This document shows, piece after piece, positions 23,568-36,543 of a stretch of DNA of 64,000 nucleotides; the stretch's first letter is position 1, and every line of letters starts with the position of its first letter. Below the pieces are notes generated by a model, which worked only from the letters and a program-made list of their open reading frames with translations, was not told the origin of the DNA and did not search any database. Made by a program: the position numbers and the translations under genes. This stretch comes from Salpingoeca rosetta (Eukaryota; Protista; Choanoflagellata): contig JAWQFM010000031.1 in NCBI GenBank assembly GCA_033442325.1, forward strand, positions 190,036 through 254,035, written 5' to 3'.

Positions 23568-23790
23568 CTTGGCTGTTGTGTTGTTGTTGTTTTGGTTGGA
23601 GGAAGCAGTTCTGTGTGGCTGGTTGTCCTTCCTGACGCTGGATGATGCCATGCACGTTCGTTGTGCTTGCAGGCACCTTCCACACACAAGCGAACGCTTA
23701 CTTCAACATCGAATTATTCAACAACAGTGATATTTTGAACGCCGTTTCTTTTGAACAGGCACTCTTTGACACAAAAGACGGTGGACCATC
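23568..23790. promoter_or_regulatory. Putative bidirectional promoter (cytochrome b561 / ARM-SPRY)
   Basis: Divergent ATGs about 220 bp apart, with a locally AT-richer core. Inference only. Confidence 0.45.
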
Positions 23791-25046
23791 ATGGTGGGGT
23801 GGAGTCGACTGGTGCAGCTGACGGCGTTGGATGGCGGGGCCACGCGCGTGCTGCTGTGGACAGCAGGTGCCGCGGTGGCAGCAGCCCTCGGCACCTTTCT
23901 CACACGCCGTGTCACTGATGCCATAAAGGAGGAAGTCAGCGAGGGCGACCCTCTCGTCGCAGGTGCGCTTGTCAATGTGTGATGCTGTTGCATGCGTGCG
24001 TGATTGTGGCGCTCAGTGTGAATGCATGCGTGCGTGATTGTGGCACTCAGTGAGCGTGCATGCGTGCGTGGTTGTGGCGCTCAATCCAACGTGGTACTTC
24101 CTCAGTCATCGCAAGTGTGCGCGAGTGGAGAAGGTGATATGTCGTTTTGTTGCCGTTGCTTGCACTCACATCCACTGTCGGACACATGACCAGATTTACC
24201 GCTGTGGGTGTTCAAGGACATCCTCAAGCGCGGCACGCCACAACAGCAGCAGGCTGCTTTGCGCGTGGTGATGCACCGCATCAACATGCCCGACACGCTG
24301 GAGGCGCTTGTCGAGCGCATACAGAGCCCCGACCAGGAGGAGCGCCTGCACGCCGCGCAGGTGATCAATGGGTGCCTCAACATGAAGAACATGGACATGC
24401 CGCTGGAGCGGTACGGGGTGGTGGAGAACATCTACCAGCGCGTCGTCGCTTCTCTCGAAGGCGGGCACCCCGAGGAGCTCGTGTACATGATGGAACCCTT
24501 GTTCGAGCTGGCGCTCCGCACCAGGGCCACCCGTAGGTACCTTTTGAGCCGCGACGTGCTCCTGCTCACGGAACAGGTGCTGCAGCAGCCAGACCGCTTT
24601 GGGATGCCCGCCGTGCGCGCCAGCATTGCCCTCATGCACACACTCATCACGCAGGAGGTGTCTGTGGCCCGCAAGCGCGTGCGCCTGAGCACCTTCAGCG
24701 CGCTCATGTCCGCGTCCTTGCTGTGCATCACCACCTCGGCTACCCTCAAGCTGTGCGTGCACATGCTCGTGCTGCTTGGCGTCAACATGCCCGTGGTTGC
24801 CGAGGGCGGCAGAACCACCACCCCGGCCTCGCTCTTCACTGAGGAGTACGTGCATTACAGCGCGCAGTGGATGCTGGCATCGGACCGCGTGCTTCGTTAC
24901 TGGACCCTCGGCCTGGTCTACGACATGGTTCGCAAAGGTGCGCACAGCTGTGTGTGTGTGTGGAAGTACGTGCATGTGTGTGTGTGTGTGTGGAAGTACG
25001 TGTATGTGTGTGTGTGTGTGTGTGCCAGTATGTGTGTGTGCGAGTA

Positions 25047-25143
<97 letters not shown>

Positions 25144-25781
25144 CGTTTTGCTTCTTTGAGTGTGCCGCGACCTTGCATCCTATGACCACCACCACCACCA
25201 CCACCACCACCTCATCCCCACTTGTCCCCCCCTCACTTATCTTTGCGTGCCACTTCCCGCCATCGCCATCGCCAGAGCGGCTGCGAGATGTGCTGCGAAT
25301 AACACCGCGCATCCTCATGGCGGTGCACAACATCCTCTCCACCTTTGAGGCCGGCGTGCAGGAGATTGCACTTCGGGTGCTCGGCTCCCTCTCCGCCCGC
25401 AACGACGCTTTCAAAGTGAAGCTTGCGCACCACAACGTCATGACGCGGCTGGTCATGTGCCTTGCGTCAAACAACGCCGACGTTGTGCACTGGGCTATCG
25501 TTCTCATCCACGATATTGCCATGCTCGGCGACGACACATTCTCAGCCCTCATCAAGACACCAGGTGCTTGTGTGTGTCGTGTGTGTGTGTCGCGTGCTGT
25601 GTCGTGTGTGTTATGTGTGTGTGTCATGTGTGTGTCGTGTGTGTGGTGGGCTGTGTAAGTGCGTGTTTGAACGTGCGTGGATGTTTGCGTCTGTTTGAGC
25701 GTACGTGTGTGCGCATGAGGTGTTGCAGATGCGTGAGGTCTTGTGCAAGCGTGTGATGGAGAGCTCGTGCAAGTGTGTGTG

Positions 25782-25832
<51 letters not shown>

Positions 25833-26983
25833 CACGTCACAAATCTCCCCCTCCCTGCATCACCACCTCTCCCTTGTGCCAGGCCTGCTGCGCGGGCTGC
25901 GGCGGTGTGTTGGGCAGCAGCGGCACGACAACCACCGCCTGGTGCTGGAGACGGTTGGCTTCCTCTGCGCCAACGAGGACACTCTTGACCAGTGCGTCGA
26001 CGCCGGCGTTGTTGAGGTGCGAAGCCACATATGGTGATGATGGTGGTGGTGGTGGTGTGGTGGTGGTGTGGTGGGGGTGGTGAGCTTGCCTTAATGGTGA
26101 GAAGATCTGCCTGTGAAGTGGTGGTCACGAAGGATACTTTACAGTTGAATGTGCTTGTATGGTAAATGTGCTTGTATGGTAAATGCTTCTCAGTTTCAAT
26201 GCGCTCTCAAGTGCGCGTGCTTCGAGGCGAATACCCTTTTGCCCCCCCCCCCCGACTCACCAACCCGTACACATACACCCTTCCTCCTTGCTCCCACCAC
26301 CTCACCACCCCCTTCCACCAAACGATTTTGACCACGGGTGTGTGGCAGATTGTGGCTGCGCTTGAGCGGGAGCGGGATGATGCGTCGCAGTACTGGTACG
26401 TCGGGCTCGCCGTTACCCTCGTTGTCTCGGACAAGGCGCGACAAGCACTTCTCAAAACAGGTCAGTGGTTGTTGGTGTTGTGTTTGTGAGTGAGTGAGTG
26501 AGTGAGCGAGTGAGTGAGTGAGTGAGTGAGTGAGTGAGCGAGTGAGTGAGTGAGTGGGTGAGCGAGTGAGTGAGTGAGTGAGAGTGGGTGAGAGTGAGAG
26601 TGAGTGCACTGCTGCAATTCTCACATGCATGGCTCATCGTCCGCCTACCCCTGCTTCATCTTCTTCATTCTTCCTTCCCTCTCATCCATCACAGGCTGCG
26701 TGAAACACCTGATCGACCTTGCCCTAAACTCCAAGAACGAAAACGTGAGGCCGGAAGGATTACTGCTTCCGCACGCAGCACAGTTATCGACACACGCACA
26801 CAGGCACACAGACACACACACACACACACGCACACAGGCACACAGACACACACGCACCCAGGCACACTCACACACACACACACACAGACACACACGCACC
26901 CAGGCACACTCCCACACACCACACACAGACGCACCCAGGCACACTCACACACACACACACACACAGACGCACCCAGGCACACT

Positions 26984-27028
<45 letters not shown>

Positions 27029-30000
27029 CGTGCGCCCATATCTCTGTTTCTCTCGCTTCTGTTCATCAAATGATTTCCGCCACTCAACACTCTGCAGGTG
27101 CCGCCAATCGCTGTGCGTGTGCTCACACCGCTAATGTTTGATGATGTTGGGGTTGTTAATGAGACAACACACGGGCTCGCACAACCCCTGGTGCAACTGG
27201 TTGCGGCAAACGAGGGGAACACACACCGCTACCTGGCCCTGCTGGAGGTGCTCGCGCGCCACGATGCCTGCAAGCAATTTATCGTGCGCTGGCCGCGTGC
27301 GATTGAGACCATGCTCTCCCTCATCTGGCGAGTCATCTCGCTCGACCCAGCGTGCATGGACACGGAGCCAACAGCGGTGGCGGAGTGCGTTGCGTCTGCG
27401 CGCATCCTCAGCGTGGCCACACAACACCACCCCTCCATCGAAACGCTTGCGCACAAGGGCACGGACCGCGTACTGTCGGTACTGCTGTGCTCGATTATTC
27501 GTCGCCTGCTTGCTGCACGGCAAAAGGCGGCAACAGCAGCAGCAAGAGAGGCAGCAGCTGCCACCGGTCTGCCAAACGGCAGTGGTGATGGTCATGGTGG
27601 TGGTCATGGTGGTGGTGGTGGTAATCGTCGTCGCGGTGCCGATGGTGACAAGGAGAGTGGCAGTGGCGGCGGTGGAGCGTTGTGGCACATCGTGTACGGC
27701 AACACGAGTGATGGCGATGATGACGGCAGCACCACAAGTGGGACTGGTGATGACGATGATGACGATGATGGTGATGACGGCGATAATGGTGGGAGCACAG
27801 ACGGCGGCAATGCTGATGCACATGAAGTTGGTGATCGTGGCGGTGGCAGGAGGAGACGTGCTGGTCCACGAGCACAGCAGCGTCGCCTCAAGGCCGTTGG
27901 GGGCGATGCCCGTGGACACGCTGTGAATGCCTCGCCAGTTGTGTTGCATCCAGGCGACAGCAGTGATGGTGGGAGTGATGCTGAACACATGATGGCCATT
28001 GTTGGTGCCATGACATCAACACCAGCACAGCCACTTGCACCTGCTGGCACATCCACACCGTACTCAGCAGCAGCAGCACGAGCAACAGCACAACAACAAC
28101 AACAACAACAGCAGCAGCAACACCAGCAGCACGTGCGTGTGTCTGTGACGCCGCGGCTGTTTGAGAAAATGTCGGCCACGGCGGCGGCGCTGGCAGCACA
28201 GCGACAACGCGCACGCGAGCGCCTGCACCACCCGCGAATGCTTGCAGGCACGGAGGGTGCCCACACACGACACACAACTGCTGCTGCTGCTGCTGTTGCT
28301 TCGTCCCACAACGCGCTGACCTACCCTGAACACGCGCGTGTGGACAGTGGTGGTGATGGTGGGGAGCGGCGGAGGAGGCGTGCTGTTCGGCGACAACTTG
28401 TCACACACGACGACGACGATGGTGGTGGTGGTGGTGGTGGTGGTGGTGATGATGATGGTCATGCTAGCAAGGGTGGTCATGGTGAGAATGGAGCGCCTAC
28501 AACTACACCAACAGCAACAGCAACAGGGGTTGGAGCAGCAAGTACAGCAGCAACGCCGACAGCTACAGCAGCAACGACACAGTTGTCATCTGATGCCATG
28601 TTTGAGGTGTCTGGCATCCATTTGTTGGAGGACGCGCACGAGCCCACGCACGAGGATGAGAGCACGCCTCATGCTGGCGATGGGCGTGGTCATGATGGAC
28701 GTGGTGAATGCATGCAGGCAAGGGATCAAGGAGAGCGTGGTGATGGTGAACTGGACCTGAGCGCCGTTTCACCTCTGCTACAGGTGAATCAACCTGGCTG
28801 TTGTGGTTCATGACATCCACGAGCACATGCACCTGCACTCTATCTCTGCATGTGCGCGCGTGCTCTGTTTGTGTGTGTGTGTGTGTGTGTGCATGTTTGT
28901 CGTCGAAACGAAATCACAGTCTGCATCACGCAATCACAGTCTGCGTCACACGCTCCTCCTCCTCCTCCTCCTCCTCCTCCTGCTCTCACTGTCTCCCTCT
29001 CGTGCTATCCTCCTCCTCCTCCTCCTCGTTCTGCAGCCTGGATCGCTGACACCACCGTCGTCACCGTCCATGCTCGAGCGCGTGCCGAGCAGCACGCCCA
29101 AGCGCGACCGCACCACGTCGTCATCATCAACCGCAACGCTCACTGCTCCAGCACGCACAGCACAGGACGGCCCTGCCATCGAGGAGGTGGCCGGCAGCAA
29201 TGGGCGCGGTGCTGAGACCACAATGCAACAGCAACAACGCGACACAACTGACCAGCAGCAGCATGAACAGCAGCATCTTGATCAGCGGCAAGAGCACGAA
29301 CAGCAAGAAATGCAGCAGCAAGATCAGCGAGAGCAGCCCCAACACCTTCTACAGCAGCAACGACAGCAGCAGAGGTTTCAGCGGGCGCGCGCACTGCTGA
29401 CTGGCGTCAACACGGGCTCCCTGCCGCTACATCTCAACCACATTGGCAGGGACGACGAAGGCGACGCAGGCGACGTGTTTGTCAGCCCACCATCACCCTC
29501 AGCAACAGCACCACTGGCAAGGACAGCAACAGCGAGCACACACGCCGTTGGCAGGCGAGACGATCTCCACCATCAACAACATCCACACCATCAACAGCAA
29601 CAGCATCAACATCAGCAGCAGCTGCAGCGGCAGCTACAGCGGGTCGACGGCGGCGCTGTGCACGTGTGCGGTGGTGATGCGCGTGGTGGTGATGGCCACG
29701 GCACTGCAGTGTGGGCTGGTCGCGGTGGCCCTGTTCCCTGGTCACCCAACTCTCGACGTCGCACGTCGCTCGGGCGGCGACAAGTGTCCTCCCCAGTCCT
29801 CATGCGCAGCACCCCGCTCTCCCACTCCGCACGCACCGCCACCACTGCTTCACCCACTACCAGTGCTGCCACCGCTGCTTCTGCCACCGCTGTTGCGACG
29901 TCGCGCAGTCTGCAGCCATCGCCGCGTGTGTTCACGCCGCCGCTGTACGAGCGCGGTCGCATTGGTGCCCACGGCGCTGGTGGTACTGCGACCATCGGCC

Positions 30001-31705
30001 ATCACGCTACTACTGGCGGCAACAGTGGTGGTGGCGGTAGTGGTGGTGGTGGTGGCGGCGGTGGTGTTTCTCATGGTGGATCGCGTGTTGTTCGCCGCCG
30101 CAGTGAGGGCTGGTTCTCGCACGGCGCAGACCTGGTGCGGCAGGACCACCACTGGGACTCCTTCAGGCTCACACGTGAGTTTGGTGGCGCTGGTGCAGTG
30201 CGTGTGTATGTGTTTGTTTGGCACAGCTGTGCGTTTGCGTGCTTGTTTGCGTGCTTGTTTGTGTGCTTGTTTGTGTGATTTATGTTCTCTTTGAGATCTC
30301 GTCACTCGCCGCCTTTCTTCCTCCCTCTCCTTTCCCCTCCTTTCCTCCCTCATCCGTACCCCTTATCCCTTCTTCCCCTGCCCCTGCACCTGTTTCATCA
30401 TCATCATCATCATCATCATCACCATCACCAGAGCGGCGTGAGGGTCGGCTTGTGTCGACACCGTCGCACACGCGTGCGGAGACAGATCGCCTGTGCGCCC
30501 GCCCACCCCGCTCCCAGTCCACAACAGCTGACCTGCGCTCGCCACACCACGGCTATTACTACGACTACGACCAGGAGCACGAGGCTGCTGACGGTGATGG
30601 CGGTGGTGGTGGTGGTGGTATGGGTCCTGGGTACGGCCGTGTGAGGCGACGTGGTGTTGTCAGAAGCATGAGCACTACGCTTCCCGCAGCACCTTCGTCA
30701 TCGTCGCCAGCGTCATTCACCCCTCCACTGCAACAGCAACAGCAACAGCAACAAGAACAGCAAGACCAGCAGCCTTCATCTCGCGCGCTTCCGCGTACGG
30801 TGTCTGCATCTGCCATCCACGAGTACGAGCACGATGTTAGAGGAGGACGGAGCAGCAGTGCGAGCAATCGTGGACGGAGGGTGAGCGGTTCACACGCACA
30901 CGCGCACGGGCACGGGCATTCGCACCATCGCATTCGCCACGCGTCGCTTCAGTCCTCTGCTGCCGACCTGTTGCTATCGCCCTCGTCACAGCTGCACCTC
31001 TTGCAGCGGGATGGCGTTGCGCTCAATGACGAGCAGCACCCCTCCATGCTGCCCATTGGCAGGCCTGGTGCTTATGATACGCCCGCTGTTGCACCGTCGC
31101 ATTCGCAGACCAGCACACAATCGTCATCCGGGACGTCTGGCGGACACGCACAGCCGCAATCACACGCACACGCACAACCACAACCACACGCACAACAGCA
31201 CACGCATGTGCACACAGCACCGCACCTGCAGCGCCGGAGCAGCCGTGCACACTCGCCGTCACCGCTGGCAAGTCGGGTGTCGTCTGCCCTCGATGATGAC
31301 GGTGCAAGGACGCCGCCACCGCAGCTGCTGAGCAGGGCGACGAGCTGGAGTGGGGCCGCCATTGCACAGCAGGTGTCACAGCGGTTGCAACAGCAGCAAC
31401 AGCAGCAGCGGCATCAACATCAGTACGGGCATGTGCATTTGCAGCCGCCACGTGAACGGCCCCAGCCGCAGCGTCGTACGATGTCGTCTTCAACATCGTT
31501 GCCACTGCATTCTGCACGCGCGGACGCACAGCACCGCCACCACCGGCCGCACCTCAGTCGCCTGGCGTCCACAAGCACCCCTGCATTTGCCAACCGTGAC
31601 AGTGACAACGGCGGTGGTGATGGTGGCGGTGGTGATGGTGGCGGTGGTAATGATGATGCCCGACATGGTGGTACACAGCAGCAACAGCAGCAGCAACAGC
31701 AGCAG

Positions 31706-31743
<38 letters not shown>

Positions 31744-34700
31744 CGGCAAGCGGCCGCCACCACCGCTTGCGTTGCTCGCTGCTGATGCCGTCAAGCCATC
31801 TCGGAGCATGTCGGCTCCCATGGCCACACCACAACAGCATCGCCAACCACAACAGCAACAGCAGCAGCCACAGCAACCCGAACAACAGCAGCAGGAGCAG
31901 AAGCAGGACCAGGGTCGTGATGACGGCGTGCGTGCACTCGTGCCTGCCAGCACTCCGCGCGCTGATCGAACACGCAGCCTGACAACGATGCCGCAATCAT
32001 CATCGCCATTGATGTCGCTTGCGCGACACAAGTCGCGCGCTGCCACAACAGCGCCGTCAACCCCGGCATCGTCATCAGGCCGGGGTACAGCCACCACTGC
32101 ATGCAGATCTGTCCGCAAATCGGCAACACGGCAGCTGCGTCGGGCGGCGGCTGTTGCCGTCTCCCCGCGAATTGGTGGCGCATTTGACTTTCCGCCGCAC
32201 CGTGGTGAGGACGCGGGGTGGCGGCACGCACTGCAACAACAGCAACAGCAACAACAGCAACGGCGAAGGCAGTCGAAGCAGCGCAGTACACGGACATCCC
32301 AGTGTGCCCCCGAGGGACAGGCAGTCACGCAAGTAAGCGGAAGACCAGAGGCAGACAATGCCTACGAAGGGGAGGGGATTGGGGTGCGGGCAGCACATGG
32401 CGGTGATGGAGACGGCAGCAGGGCAGTGGATGACAGCTTTGCAGCGCGTGTGGATGTTTCTTCGCACGGCCACCCTGTTCTCCACCACAGCCGCAGTTAC
32501 GACGAGGACAGGCCATATGGGGCGCCTCGCAACGCTGGTGTTCGTGCTGGCGATGGCAGTGGTGGTGGTGGCATTGGCGGTGATCGCGATGCTCGCCGTC
32601 GCGTGTTTGATGATCAGCCACCGCTGTACAGGCAGATGTCGGCGCCTGTCACATCTTTCACTTCAACCTCCACCTCTGCAACCACCACGACCGCCACGAC
32701 CACCTCATCCACGTCATCCGCGCCGACAGCGGTGTCTGGACCGACGACAGGCACCCCCTCCCGCACAACGCCAATCGCCAGCACTACTGTGCAGCGGCGC
32801 CGCGCTGCCACGGCATCAGCAGCAACGGCAGTGACACCGATGGTGCCGCAGCCTGTCACGCCTGTTTCCCGGACACCGAGCGGCACATCGTTCCGGGGCC
32901 GTTCGCACTCGCACCGTGATGAGCTGACGTCAGCACTTCTCTCCATTGCCGGCCCGCGCTCAGAGGAGGAGCTCATGTGAGTGCACACATGTGAAGGGGC
33001 GTGGTCGTTTTGTGTGTGTGTGTGTGTGTGCGTGTGTGTGTGTGTGTGTGTGCTTGGTGGGGGCGGAGAAGAGACAGGTGTTGGAAAAGGATGATGTGCT
33101 GTTTGTGGTATCTGCATCTCAGCTCGTGTCCACACTGAAAATACCACGCACACACACACACACACACACACAACAACAACAACAACAACAACAACACACA
33201 CGCACACACACACACATACACACACATACACACGCACACACACATACACACACATACACACACGCACACACACGCACACATACACACACACACACGCACA
33301 CGCACACACACACGCACAACACACGCACGCAACACACAGCCATTCCATGCAGGGTGCACCCAGCAGCGACTTGAGCGGCAGTGATGGCGTGCCTCCATCC
33401 ACACCACTGCTGACAATGGCCAATTCTCCCTCGGCGTTTTCGCTGTCCACGTTTGAGTGGACGAGCCTGGATGACACGACGCCTGCCGACGATGACAGTC
33501 GCGAGGGCAGGGAGGACCAGGAGGAGGACTACGAAGCGCTCGCCAGCGAAATGCTGCGATGGTCCTCCCAAGAGGATGATGGGTCCGCCTTTCCAGAGGA
33601 CAACGGCGACAACGGCAGTGGCGGCGATGCGCATACAAGGCAGCGACGGCGCCGAAGGAGAAGGCGAAAGAGAAGGGAACAAGGGGAGGGACCACCCGAA
33701 GAACAACAGACCCGAGCATACGCTCCAAGTGATGGCGATGATGACGATGACGACGACGACGGTGACGGGGGTGATGGTGGGGATGATGATGGTGCTGATG
33801 ATGATGATGATGATGATTACGATGAGAGTGAGCGCCATGGTGATGGTGATGCTGGTCGCGACAACCAAGCCAACGCAAGCCACGGCATTGCTGGTCGTGC
33901 TGGCGATGATCACAATACTCCTCGTTCGCCAATAGGAGAGCAAAGCGAAGGACGTGTGTTGGGCGAAGCAAGTGCTGCCGGTGGGCGTGTTGTTGGTGAT
34001 GATGCTGCTGCTAACAGCAACGTACAGCCAGGCAGTGGTGATTGCAACGCTGACGGTGATGGTCAGGGCGAGGACAACGATACAGCAGCAGCAGCAGCAG
34101 CTGTTGACCGCTCTGTTGATGATGTTGATGCTGATGCTGATGCTGACGCTGATGGTATTGATGGTGGTGGTCACGATGATGATGAGAGGGCGCTGGTGCC
34201 TATGCTGCGTCACGACATTTCACACCTCTCCAACATCAGTCACGGCAGCGATGATGGTGGCGAGGACGATGCTGCTGACGGTTCGATTCGATGATGCATG
34301 CATGTCTGCTGATTTCCGCCACAACACACACGCACACACACGCACACTCACACACACACACACACGTGTCCAGCTCATAACAGAACAGTTTTGGTGAGGG
34401 TTACACGCTTGCACACACATACGCAAGCGTCTACACACATACACTCACACTGGCTCATGCGCACGCACTCCCTCGTTCAATGTACAGCGTCCTCATGGGC
34501 GTACGACGCGGACCAGCAGCAGTATCTCATGAACGTCTCGGCGGACGCCAGCATGTTCGACTTGACAGAGGTACAGCCCTTCACGCGCTAATGCCATGCA
34601 TCAAACACTGCTTGCTCGTGTGTCTGCACTTGATGGGCAAAGTACGATACACTTGCACACACACTTGCACACACTTGCACACCCACGCGCTTGCACAATT

Positions 34701-34932
34701 TATGTTTATCCTGACGATCACTGCCTGTATTGTTGTGCGCGTGTGTCAATGACAGCCGGATGATGACCTGAGCCACTTGGAGGCATCCGTTGTGGAACAA
34801 CTACAGGAGCAATCAAACGTCAACGTCTCTGTGGACGTGTCGGCTCTCAGTGAGTAGCGTTCGACTGCACTGCACTGGACTTGCTTGCAAGCATCCTTGA
34901 ACACAGACACAACACAGACACAACACAGACAC

Positions 34933-34973
<41 letters not shown>

Positions 34974-36500
34974 ACACACACACAGACACACACACACACA
35001 CCATGCTTACGCGCTCGCCCCTCGTGTATTGTACATGTACTTGCTGTACATTTAGGCACTTCGCTGCACGAGACAACATCCATGGTGGAAGCCCCAATGG
35101 AGGACGATATCGAGTACGAATCGCTGCGTTTGTTCTCGATGCCTGCAGGCATATTTTCCGGCCGTGGTGTCTTCCTGTTTCCCGTCACGTGTGCGCGTGC
35201 GTCTCTCTGTTTGTTTCGCCTTTGCACTTCGTTCCTTGAACCTTGCTCACATTCAACACGCGACCGCACCGTCACCATCACAACACGACACACCACCACC
35301 AACCACTACCAACTCCAATGACACTGTGTCTGCCCTGCAACACCAGTGGGTACGTGGATGTGCTGACGCAGTTGCAGGACGCGACGATTGTTGCGCTGGC
35401 CAACATGTGCGGCGAACACGAACGGCCCTACAACACCCCCGCCGCCACCATCCTGTGGACAGCCGTCCTCACACTTCCATCCCACCTGGTGAGCTCGCTT
35501 TCTTTAATTCTGTGTGTGTGCGTGTGCGTGCGTGCATGTATGCATGAATGTGTGTGCGGGTGTGCGTGTGTGTGTGTGTGTGTGGTGTGTGTGTGTGTGT
35601 GTGCATGCGTACGCTTACGTGCGTGCAAGCGAACGTGTGTGTGTGTGTGCGTGTGCGAATTAGCGCCCAGGACATACTCACGACAAGATGGTGTCACGTC
35701 CCACATCCCAATTCAACACGCGACATCAGGTCAACTTTTATGCTGATCGCCTCGTGTGCTCAGCGGCGAGCCTGACACCGCCGTCTCGCTTCCAATCGCA
35801 TGCCACCACGACACCCACCACCACCACCACCACTCAAGTTGATGACGAAGATGGTCACGGTGACGATGGAGGTGGCGTTGAGAGTGGTGTGCGTGCTATT
35901 GGTGCTGGGGACACGGATGCAGCCAGTGAAGTGGTGACAGCGCAGGCGACGCCACGAAAGATCACCGTTGATGAGTCGCCACAGTTTCACACGCGCGCGT
36001 CCACATCCCGCATCATGATGGACATTTATCGCAAGACGGTACGCGTGTTTGCGTGTTGTTGTGTTGGTGTTGGTCTGTCGTGGCGAGTGCGGTGTGGTGG
36101 CTCATCCCGTTGGAAATTATGCTGTGGGCCCAAACGTTTGTTCACTTCAACCCGCCCTCCTGTTTGTGTATCTCACCACCCCCTGCTCACTCCCCACGCC
36201 CCGTTCACTCCCCCATCTAACTTAGATGCGCAATGATTCGTGGACGTTTGAGACGGGTGTACTGCGCGTGTGTGCGCGTGGAAACGGCACGTGGTCGTTC
36301 ACTGTTCGCATCGAGAGCGACGGCATCCTGCAGGTGCGTGATATGCGCGCATGTGTTTGTGTGTGTGTGTATGCTTGCATGCGAATGAATGTACTTGCAC
36401 GCACGCGGTCTTGCACGCTTTTGTGCTTGCATGCGTGTGGTTTTCAACTCTTGAACTCATGATCCTTCTCCACGCACACACACACACACTCACACACGCA

Positions 36501-36543
<43 letters not shown>

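Noticed and set aside
23989-24084. 34-bp repeats as a possible CRISPR array
   Set aside because: The copies are head-to-tail with no unique spacers, intronic and eukaryotic, and there are no cas genes.
27131-34213. Long antisense and alternate-frame ORFs over the low-complexity region
   Set aside because: These are expected shadows of GC-rich trinucleotide-repeat coding sequence, with no domain signal.
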